From Felis catus (taxonomy: Eukaryota), in contig NC_058369.1 in assembly GCF_018350175.1 (NCBI RefSeq), forward strand, positions 4,342,001-4,406,000: a stretch of 64,000 nt of DNA, read 5' to 3'. The position numbers and the translations under genes are program-made. Positions 52,111-61,157 of this stretch are shown here, piece after piece. Below the pieces are notes generated by a model that ran no database searches, was not told the origin of the DNA, and saw only the letters and a list, made by a program, of their open reading frames with translations. The first letter of the stretch is position 1. The number at the start of each line of letters is the position of its first letter.

Positions 52111-52260
52111 CTGCACGTTGGCAAAGTCCACGCGGTTGAGGTCACTGAGCATCTGGTTGATCTGGGAAGTGTTCTGGAGCACGGCCCGGGCTGCCTGAGC
52201 GAGGTGGTTGAGAGACGTGTATCTGCGAAGAGTCTGTGCGAAGGCACTGACCACGCCCAC
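52111..52260 (-). CDS. RFX2: RFX2 exon (approx. 14), VGVVSAFAQTLRRYTSLNHLAQAARAVLQNTSQINQMLSDLNRVDFANVQ, 150 nt
   Basis: CGCAG| acceptor, CAG|GTGACT donor; RFX dimerization domain. Confidence 0.97.
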
Positions 52261-53059
52261 CTGCGGCGAGGGAGACCCGCAGACAGTGAGCCGGAGCGGC
52301 TGTTCTCTCTTCTCCTGGGCGGGTGCTGGGCTCAGGGACAGCGCAGGGGGAGGGAGCAGGGAAGAGCCCCTCCCCCCCCCCCCCCCCCCCCAGCTTTGGA
52401 CAGTCTCAAGGACCTGAAGAGTGAGAATAAATGAAGGACACAAACCTCCCCAAGGCACCTTGGCATCTACAGCAGATGCCACAGTATCGGGGAGGTAGCA
52501 TTCAGGACAGTATGCTTATCTCCCCAGAAGCCTCTGGCTCTCAGGGGGTGGGGCCTGGGAGTCTGTGACTGTAACCGCTACCTTGGCTACTCGTAGGCAC
52601 CCTAAGTCTGAGAGTCACTGGTCTAACAGAGACTTCCCGAAGGTGGTCAGGGAGGCCAGATGCTGGGAACCTGGCCTCACCGGTCTGCAGGTCTCTAAGA
52701 GACGCTTGTGAGAGCATGCAGCAATCACTGTCCTCTGTGCATGGAGGCCAAGTGGGCTCATTTCAGGTTCTGATTCGTGGCCAAGACCGTGGCAGTGAGG
52801 CTGGCAGCAGGGAGATTAAACCCTCCCCCCATGACGGCCGTGGAATCATGCTACCTGTTCTGAATCGACCCAAGTGCCTCAGAGCAAACGACACCTTCTG
52901 TCGTGCCCCTCCCTGCTAGTGCCGGCCCTCCTGGCCAGCAGCCTCGGGGCTTCCTGGGAGGACTGGGGGTCCAGGAGGCACAGGAGCCGCCTGCTGTCCC
53001 CGGGGCAGAGGACAGGGGCCCCTCCCAGCTGCTCTCTTCGCAGCGGAGGGAGCGGCTAC

Positions 53060-53157
53060 CTTGGTCTGGATGGCCTGCTGTGGGAAGTCTCTCATGGCAT
53101 TCGTCAACCAGCCTTCCAAGCTCTTGGCGAAATTGCGGATGGCCTGCGTCAAGGTGC
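53060..53157 (-). CDS. RFX2: RFX2 exon (approx. 13), TLTQAIRNFAKSLEGWLTNAMRDFPQQAIQTK, 98 nt
   Basis: CCCAG| acceptor, AAG|GTAGCC donor; conserved RFX motif IRNFAKSLE. Confidence 0.96.
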
Positions 53158-53226
53158 CTGGGAGATAAAGCCGAGACACCGTGAGAAAGGCAGTCTCGCC
53201 CATCAGGATCAGCATCAGTGCAAGAG

Positions 53227-53251
53227 ACACACACACACACGCGCACACACA

Positions 53252-53282
<31 letters not shown>

Positions 53283-53287
53283 GCACA
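53227..53287. repeat. Compound (AC)n/(GC)n alternating purine-pyrimidine repeat
   Basis: Directly visible. Confidence 0.95.
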
Positions 53288-54403
53288 GAGAACCCGGAAG
53301 AGCAAGCGGTGCAGGAAAAGAGGCGGCGGGCTCACGCGGACGGACGAGGGGCCGGGGAGAGGGCGGGGCGCGCAGTGCAGGGGGGGGGCGCTGGGTAAGG
53401 ATGAGGGCCGCCCAGGGCCTTCAGCTCTGTTCACCTGCCTGTCTGGCCAGTGGCTCTCACTGAGGGCGACTCTGCCCCCAGGGGACACCGGGGGATGTGT
53501 GCAGACCTCTGTGGTCGGTGCACCTGGGGGAGCTCCGGGCACCGGGTGGGTGGGGGCCAGGCCCAGCCCCCCATAGCGCCCAGGACAGCCCCGATGACGG
53601 AACGGTCCACACAGTGCTGAGGGGAAGCCCTCAGACACACCCACGTGCGTATATTCTACTGGCTTCCGAGTGCATCGAGAGATGGCTGGCGACACAAAAC
53701 CACTAAGGCTGTTAACAGAAGACCCCACAAAAACGTAAAAGGAAACCTACCCCAACCCAAACCTTCATACGGAGACTCTAGCTGCACGCTACAGCGAGCA
53801 GTTTTTGGGCAGGCTGAGCCCAGAGGAGAAACGTGATGGTTTTGCCGTTTCCCATTTTCTGGCACGAACGAAGCAGACCGGCCCACAGAGAAAGAGCAAA
53901 GCTTCGGCTGGGCCCAGAGGCGAGAGGCACAGACGCTGATAGGTCCCCGCCCGCCCCGGAGTAACCCCTGGCGCCCCCTGCAGTCGCTCATTAAGAGCGA
54001 GGCCTCCGGGCCCAGCTTCCTCCTCCTCCTGCCCTCGGGAGGCCCAGAGGGAGAGCCTGTAGGGACCGGGACCCCGAACCTGCATCCTGGAGGCATCCGG
54101 GCAGGGACCCCCTGGGGTTTTAGCAAACCTGCAGACTGGGGTAGGTCTGTCCTGTGACCTCAGCCCCACCCTCTGGGGATCTCCTCCCAGCTGGAGTGTC
54201 ACCTGGGCGCCCCCCCTCCCCCCCCCCCCAGCACTGAGCACACCTCGGCCTCACACGCACCCTCCAAAGCCCCAGACAGGCGGTGGCCCGAGGGTGGCGG
54301 GCCTCACGGAGCCACGAGCTGGCCCTCCCCTGGGCCTCGTTCTGGGGGACAGGGAAAGCACAGGGGGCCAACGGGGGAGAGCGGCCGCCTGCGAGCAGCT
54401 TAC

Positions 54404-54558
54404 TGGGCACCGGCCGCAGCACGTCGGGGATGAGGATCTCCACCAGGGCCTGATACAGGATGTGGTCGCAGTTCCTCATCCACTTGAGGATGGGCTCACA
54501 CTTGCACAGAGACACCAGCTTGTCCTTCGGGAGGACGGCACCTTCGGGCTCTCCGTCG
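54404..54558 (-). CDS. RFX2: RFX2 exon (approx. 12), DGEPEGAVLPKDKLVSLCKCEPILKWMRNCDHILYQALVEILIPDVLRPVP, 155 nt
   Basis: CCACAG| acceptor, CCA|GTAAGC donor; RFX C domain. Confidence 0.96.
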
Positions 54559-54935
54559 CTGTGGGGAAGGGGGAGACGGGGTGAGCCGCGGCCCGTGGGG
54601 TGGCAGGAGGGCCACAGGACCGCACCGAGCCCCGCGTCCGAGTCCCCGGTGGGCCCGCGCCGCCCCTCCCCTGCCTGTGGCCAGGCGATGACACGTCCTC
54701 TATTTGGGACTCTTGGGGTCCCCTACGGTCCCTCCTGCTGAACTGACGGAGGGGCAGCACCAGCCACAGGCCACGGTCAGGGTGTGAAAAGCATACACAC
54801 CCAGAAGGGGGCCCTGAGCACCAGTTCCCGGAAAGGTGACATGTGGGTCTCTGGGTCACAGTGTGTGTATGTGTCGGGGGGGGGGTGCAGCCTGCAGGTT
54901 AAGCCTGGGGTCCTGGGAAATGAGCGGCCAGTCTC

Positions 54936-55006
54936 GGCGGGGGCAGGGGCGGGGGCAGGGGCGGGGGCAGGGGCAGGGGCAGGGGCGGGGGCAGGGGCAG
55001 GGGCGG
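54936..55006. repeat. (GGGGCA/GGGGCG)n hexamer repeat, about 11 units
   Basis: Directly visible; ends 8 nt from an RFX2 exon. Confidence 0.95.
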
Positions 55007-55014
55007 TGAGTTAC

Positions 55015-55127
55015 CTGGCAGGGAGAGGGGCGGGGCCGTCACCCGAGGGCGCTTTGGAGTTCCAGAAGGAAAGCCACAGCTTCTCCATGTAGTGGAACTG
55101 CAGGTGCACCACGACGTCCAAGGTTGC
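55015..55127 (-). CDS. RFX2: RFX2 exon (approx. 11), ATLDVVVHLQFHYMEKLWLSFWNSKAPSGDGPAPLPA, 113 nt
   Basis: TCGCAG| acceptor, CAG|GTAACT donor; RFX B domain (EKLWxxFW). Confidence 0.95.
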
Positions 55128-55302
55128 CTGCGAATAGACACGGCCGGTCAGACACAGCTGTGCGTCGGAAAGCGCGCCCGGCACTGTTGTCGGGGCGGGC
55201 GGGCGTGATAGGAGCCGCAGCGGGGTCCCTTGAAATGCAGAGAGAGACCCCAAGAAGGGACAGTGTGAACGGAGGGGCCACGGTTCAGGGACTGGAGATT
55301 CT

Positions 55303-55519
55303 GGGGCCCCCGGGCGGCTCAGTCGCTTCACTGTCCGACTCTTCATTCCAGCTCAGGTCGTGATCTCACGGTTCAGGGGATCAAGCTCTGCATCGGGCTC
55401 TGCGCTGACAGCGTGGAGCCTGCTTGGGATTCTCTCTCCCTCTGCCCGTCCCCTGCTCGATCTTTTGGGGTTTTTTTTTGCTCTCTCTCTCTCATAATGA
55501 ATATTAAAAAGAAAAAAAA
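55303..55519 (+). mobile_element. SINEC, antisense to RFX2
   Basis: SINEC head, body and A-rich tail. Confidence 0.85.
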
Positions 55520-55754
55520 GAGAGAGTGGAAACCCTATCTACTTCTCAGCCAAAGGAGGTGGGGGGGGGGGCACTCCTGTCTCCTCCGGGTCACCCAGAG
55601 ACACCTGGTGACGTGAGAGTTGGGCGGTTCTGGCGACATGTGAGGCTGAGCGCCTCACCTGGGGGAGACACGCCCTGCTCTCCGCCCACATTCTAGGGGG
55701 CCCCCCGCGGCCCAGGCCGTCTGTCTCCGGTGCGGGGGGGGGGGGGACGGTCAC

Positions 55755-55873
55755 CTCGCAGTGCCGCCGGTAGACCAGCTGCAGGGCCTTGACGTCGTGC
55801 AGCGTGATGCTCTCCTGCAGTAGGACGCTGCCCAGGTCAGGCGCGGGGAACTCCGGGAAGACGTGGGAGACAT
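55755..55873 (-). CDS. RFX2: RFX2 exon (approx. 10), VSHVFPEFPAPDLGSVLLQESITLHDVKALQLVYRRHCE, 119 nt
   Basis: CCCCAG| acceptor, GAG|GTGACC donor; RFX B-domain start (YRRHCE). Confidence 0.95.
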
Positions 55874-56730
55874 CTGGGGGAGGAAAGCGGGGGTTCACGG
55901 AGCTGCAGGAGGTCCGCATGCAGGAGTCGCTAGGAGGCCTGCCAGTGCCAGCCGGCGTGCCAGTGACGGCTCCACAGCCCCGGGTCTCACGACTTTTAAG
56001 CTTTGGTTTTCTCAGGGACAGAATGGGACAAGACTGTCCTCTCCCGGCGACAGCAAATACGCTGACACAGGTGGGCGCCGAGCCCAGGGCCCGGCACTCA
56101 GCGAGCGCTCCCATCACCCCAGCGTGCACCCAGGGCAGCGAATCCGGGGAGGGGGTGACTTCCCAGAAGGGTCCTGCCTGGGCTCCAAAAATACACTAAA
56201 GATAGTCGAAGGCCACTGCTGTCTTCAGTGTGTGAGCCTATGGGCAGTGACCTCAGCAAGCCCCCCCCCCCCCCCACCAGGCCTGTCGCACAGTGTAGTC
56301 TGCGAGTTAGTCGCTCCCCCGGGGCAGGGGTGGCGCCAGTGGGGAAGGGGGTCTTCCAGGGGAGGGCCAGGCAGCCCGGTGGCAGGGCCCCCGGAGGGGA
56401 GAGACAGTTTCAGGGAGTCCCGAGCCTTGTAAAGGCTCTGGGGCAACAAGGGGGAGAACTGAGGAGGGCGGCCAAGTCCTGAGCCAACAGGTTTTAAAAT
56501 AATCTGGCCTTCCTTCTGATGGGCATTTCACGTTACGTATTTATTTTCCCGACGGTTACCTTGCACGTTAATTTGGGGGGCATCTGCTGATTATTCTGAA
56601 ATCTTGGGGACACCATAGAACACCTCTATGTAATTTACAAGGTATTATACAAGAAAGCAGCCTAAAGCCCCCTGTAGGTGAACCCCGTGAGCAACTCAAG
56701 GAAGCCGGAGCTCTTCCAGAAGGCCCTGTG

Positions 56731-56732
<2 letters not shown>

Positions 56733-56774
<42 letters not shown>

Positions 56775-56789
56775 GGGGAGGGGGAGGGG
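56733..56789. repeat. G41 homopolymer plus (A)GGGG units
   Basis: Directly visible; abuts an RFX2 donor site. Confidence 0.9.
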
Positions 56790-56794
56790 CTCAC

Positions 56795-56910
56795 TGATGA
56801 ACTGCTGGTGGTGCTGGCTCTGGGCGGCCATGGCCTGCTCCGGTGTGCTGTGCAGGCTGCCGTGCGAGCCACTGTCCCCAAGGCTGTCTGTCTTCTGGGC
56901 CGGCCGGTAC
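56795..56910 (-). CDS. RFX2: RFX2 exon (approx. 9), YRPAQKTDSLGDSGSHGSLHSTPEQAMAAQSQHHQQFI, 116 nt
   Basis: TCCAG| acceptor, donor TCA|GTGAGC; frame continuous. Confidence 0.92.
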
Positions 56911-57009
56911 CTGGACGGGGGACACAGTGCCACCGTGAGGCCCCAGCAGTACTGCCCGCGGGGGCCCGGGGAGCAGAGAGCTGAGCAGGATTCAGTTTGG
57001 GGTGTGTGT

Positions 57010-57453
57010 CTGTGTAATTTTAAAAGCCTCCTGCTAAAATACACGCAGCGTAAAACGTACCACTTCACCGTCTCCAAGCACACAGCTCAGCGGCCTCAGG
57101 CACAGTCACGCTGTCGTGCAGCCGCCCCCACTGTCTCCAGAACTTCCCATCTCCCCAAACCGAGACTCTGTCCCCATGAAGCACTGACTCCCCCCCACCC
57201 CCCCGCCCCCCCCCTTGGCTCCCACCATCTACCCTCTGTCTCTGTGGATGGGACTCCTCTAGGGACCCCCTGTGCGTGGAACCCTCCAGTATCTGTCCTT
57301 TTGTGTCTGGCTTATTTCACTGAACATAATGTCCTCATGGTCCATCCACGTTGTAGCAGGTGTTAGGATGTCCTTCTTTTTTAGTGCTGAATGACATTCC
57401 AGGGTCTGGAGGGCACATCTGCTTATCCATTCATCTGCTGATGAGTCCTCAGG

Positions 57454-57455
<2 letters not shown>
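57010..57455 (-). mobile_element. Ancient L1M (L1MB-like) 3' UTR fragment
   Basis: TTTTGTGTCTGGCTTATTTCACTGAACATAATGTCCTCATGGTCCATCCACGTTGTAGCA. Confidence 0.75.

Positions 57456-57489
<34 letters not shown>
57455..57489. repeat. (TG)17 microsatellite
   Basis: Directly visible. Confidence 0.95.
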
Positions 57490-57491
<2 letters not shown>

Positions 57492-58275
57492 CCCCCCTAA
57501 TACTTCTCTCTTAGAAGATAAGTGAATTTCTTTCTACAGAGTCACAAGTATCTGACTATTACATAGTCACAAAGGAAATTCTGGGACTTTCATTTCGCCT
57601 CGAGCCAGAACGCATGACCAGCCCGTCCCGGCAGCGAACTGCGCTCCCCGGGGCCCCGTGTCCCTTGAGCCCAGCAGGACGCTGTGGGGGCGGTGACAGC
57701 GTGTGGCGGCAAGAGTGGGGGGGGGGTGTCCAGCTCCAGCGGGGGGCTCCTCTCCTTGTGGAGAGTGGGGCCGGGCTTCCCGTGAGGATGGAGAAATGCC
57801 TCCCGGACGCGTGGTGGTTCCAAGAGTCAACGGCACGAGGTGCAGGGCTGGTCCTAAGATAACACGCTGCCTGGCATCATGAGTCACAGGTGTCTGCAGG
57901 GCCCGGACCAAACAACAAGAAGAAGCTACAGAGGCGACACTGTGCCCAGACAGGTACAGGAAGGACTGCTGGGTCCACTCTTCCACCTGTTGGCTCCCGG
58001 AGAACGTTCTAGAGATTCTCTTCCGTGGCCTCCGGCTCCCACGATTGAACATAGGGTTTGGAGTCACTGGGATGGCCTTAGAGCGGCTAAAATCGGCTTT
58101 TAGCCACATACGGCTTGGCCAAGGTATGATGATGCCACGCGGAGGTGAGTGGGGCACGGTCCCTGCCCCGGAGCAGTCTGGATTCTGCGGAGAGGAGCCA
58201 GGGGCAGAGGGAAGCAGGGAAGGAGAGGTGACTGCGAGGCTGCCAGGGAGGGGACACTCGAGTGGGGCCCTGAAC

Positions 58276-58577
58276 CAGGGGTCTGCAGATCACAGCTGTG
58301 GAGAGCCAATTGTGCTCCTTGTTTTGTGAATAAAGTTTTTTTTTTGGGGGGGGGGTGTAAACAAGGTGATTTTATTAGAGCCCAGGACCTGTGGGCAGAA
58401 AGAGGTGCCTGCGAATAAAGTTTTACTGGCTCACAGCCGTGATGCCCGCTTGTCCAGGCGTCATGTGGTGGCTTTTGTTCTATGACGGCAGAGCTGAACA
58501 GTCAGCAGAGTGTCCGGCCTGCAAAGCCTAGGAGAGATGCTCTCCGGCCCTTTACAGCAAAGTGTGCTGACCCCTGC
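58276..58577. mobile_element. MER58A-like MITE, opposite orientation, interrupted by a small insertion
   Basis: CAGGGGTCTGCA...AATAAAGTTTTACTGG...GGCCCTTTACAG...GCTGACCCCTG. Confidence 0.75.
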
Positions 58578-58769
58578 CTTAAAAGATGAGCAGGTATGTG
58601 ATGGGTAGAGAAGAGAACATTCCAGAAAATGACCGGGCCTTTCTAGCCGTTGGATCAAAATGTCAGGAAGAGGCAGCCATTTAAGTATATAAGCTTCTTT
58701 CTCCAGGCTTCTTGGGTTCTTTTCAACATTCTCTTTTTCCCCTGTTGTTGAAAATTAAAGATCTAGGAT

Positions 58770-59340
58770 TTCAGCTCTGTGATCTTCTGGAAAAGGCCAA
58801 ACTATGGCAACCTCGGTGGCTGCCAGAGGTTGAGGGGAGGGAGGGGTGAGGAGGTGGGGCACAGGGGGTTGCAAGGGCTGTGAAACTACCTTGTGATGCT
58901 GGGTACGCTTGCGTCCAAATCCATTTGTTTTTGTTTGTTTGTTTGTTTGTTTGTTTATGTTTTATTTTTGAGAGAGACAGAGCGCAAGCGGGGAAGGGCA
59001 GAGAGAGAGGGAGACACAGAATGCGAAGCAGGCTCCAGGCTCCGAGCTGTCCGCACAGAGCCCGACGCGGGGCTTGAATTCACACACCGTGAGATCGTGA
59101 CCTGAGCCGATGTCGGACGCTCAACCGACTGAGCCACCCAGGCACCACCGTCCTAACCCATTTGGATGGAGCCCCAAGAGAGAACTCGAGCGTGGAGCAC
59201 GGACTTAGGTGGTAACGAGGTGCCCACGCACAGCTCTGGTGCCATGTTGACGGGGGGGGGGGGCGTGCGTGGGAGGACAGGGAGCATTGTACTTTCTGCC
59301 CAAGTTTGCTGTGAACCTAAAACTGTTCTAAAAAATAACG
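58770..59340 (+). mobile_element. Ancient L1M (L1MC-like) 3' fragment interrupted by a SINEC
   Basis: TTCTGGAAAAGGCCAAACTATGG; TGTACTTTCTGCCCAAGTTTGCTGTGAACCTAAAACTGTTCTAAAAAATAA. Confidence 0.7.
58928..59147 (-). mobile_element. SINEC in an L1 relic, with degenerate TSD CGTCC(A/T)AA(T/C)CCATTTG
   Basis: (TTTG)n tail; reverse head at about 59147. Confidence 0.88.
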
Positions 59341-59626
59341 CCTATCTTTTTTTTTTTTAAAGGAGAAAGGCCGAAGGCTCTGTTAGCTGGACGAGGTTGC
59401 GACTCCAGCCTCCTGTGCCTTGGCTCTCCCAGGACACTGGAACCAGAGGCTAATGTGAATTTATTTTTTCCATCATCGTTTGGAGAGCCCCCCCCCCGCC
59501 CCCGCCCTGTATATTTAATGTTTGAGAAACACTTCTCTGTATGTTCTCCCAAGCGAAGCTCACACCTGACCCCCACCTCGGGCAGGGAGGTGGGCCCGCG
59601 GGCTGGCTTTGGGCCAGGTCACTCAC

Positions 59627-59746
59627 CTGGGCTTTTGGTGCAGGGGCTGCTGCCGCATGGCCATGTACTGGGTGTCCTCCTGCAGCCGGTTCAGGGGCGA
59701 GTCCGGCTTTAGACGGATCCCATAGTAATGATACTTGGAGTTGCCC
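59627..59746 (-). CDS. RFX2: RFX2 exon (approx. 8), GNSKYHYYGIRLKPDSPLNRLQEDTQYMAMRQQPLHQKPR, 120 nt
   Basis: End of the RFX DBD (KYHYYGIR), translated by hand. TTCCAG| acceptor, CAG|GTGAGT donor; phase consistent. Confidence 0.96.
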
Positions 59747-60026
59747 CTGGAAACCAAGCATCTCAGGGTCAGCTCTCTTTGCAGATGTCCTGAACGACAA
59801 GACAGGTGCCGGGTCTTGGCCCTTTGTTTCGGGTTCTGGGGTTCAGTGTCCCCTGGACCATATGGGAAATGTTCACAGGCTATTCCACGATCCGAGGGGT
59901 TTAGGAAATTCTATACTCGGCCCTCTCTTGGAGACTTCCTTCTTGCACTTAAGCATCATAGTAGCTCTGAGAAGTCTTGCGATGGGAAACGCGGTCTGGC
60001 GTTGTGTGACCCAGCATGGCCTCCCG

Positions 60027-60090
60027 ACCATCCTCACCGTCACCACCGTCACCGCCATCATCACCACCACCACCGTCATCATCACCCCCA
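60027..60090. repeat. Degenerate (CAC/CAT/CGT)n triplet repeat
   Basis: Directly visible. Confidence 0.8.
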
Positions 60091-60975
60091 TCCCCGCCCC
60101 ACATCATCTCACAACATGATTTGGAAAATGGCACCTTTGTGGGAAACACTGTCATAGCTTATTATGGGAGACAGGATGACCCAAGGGCTTTAGACATTTT
60201 GGTTAAGAAAACAGGTCAGAGGGGCTCCGTAGGAGAGAAGCACCGAAGGACAGACAGGCGTCTGGCAACGGGGACAAGTGGGAGGAGCGCGGGTCCTTTC
60301 TAGAAGAGGTAAGAGCTTAGCTGGTGGCAGGGGAGGGAAAGCAGTGGGGAGAAAAGCCCCGGTCCCGGCCCGAGGCCAAGCATCCGGGACATCAGAGGAT
60401 GTCCGAGAACCTTCTCTTGGCCAGACACCAGCTTCGGAGGGTGTACGCATGACCCCGACCCCATGAATGACTTCACAGACAGCGGCCGTGCAGGAACCAG
60501 CCTCCTGTGTGCTCTGGGCCACCCACTTTTTGTTTTCTAGTGGGGGGAGTGTTGGATTCGTGCCTGGGAAAAGTTTATGGCGCATGACGGTCCCTGGCTG
60601 CTGCAGGCCAAGGGCAGGCCCTGGGGGATGGGTCCAGGCATGGCAGAAAGCACCAAGAGATGATAAATCCAACTCCTACTAGATCAGCCAGGGGCTGCTT
60701 TTTAAGAAAGCCTGTTATTGTGGAAATTGTTAAACGACGAGAGAGTGCTGGAGCAAAGCCCGTGTCACCGGGAGAGAGATGGCCCACTGCCAACACCTTG
60801 GGCCGGCCAGTCCCGTGCCGCCAATTCAGAACAAATCCAAGTTCACCCAGGGGCACGCAGGTCAGGACACACGGGCAGGAGGGAGCCCACGTTCTCCCAA
60901 AGCTCAATATCTGTACAGGGGATGCAGAGGATGGGCAGGCGTGGGACCCCCAGGCACCCCCGTGCGTGCACCCAC

Positions 60976-61157
60976 CTGGTGCCCAGCCGCCGTGTCCGCA
61001 GCCCCATGAAAACCGAGCGGATCAGCTTCCCGAAAGAGGCAGCATTCACAGGGTCCAGCTTGTGCTCCTGGCAGTGCCGGAGGTAATGGTTGTAGAGAGA
61101 GCTTCTGGGGAGACTCACGCCTTCCGCGGTTTCGTAATTATCTAACAGCCACTGGAG
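60976..61157 (-). CDS. RFX2: RFX2 exon (approx. exon 7), winged-helix DNA-binding domain [25 protein letters not shown]...[10 protein letters not shown], 182 nt
   Basis: Canonical RFX DBD peptide; CAG| acceptor and CAG|GTGGG donor. Confidence 0.97.

Noticed and set aside
48490..61157. Alternative identification as RFX1 or RFX3
   Set aside because: Linker and C-terminal peptides (YRPAQKTDSLG, PLVKRER...SLQGI) and adjacency to RANBP3 fit RFX2.
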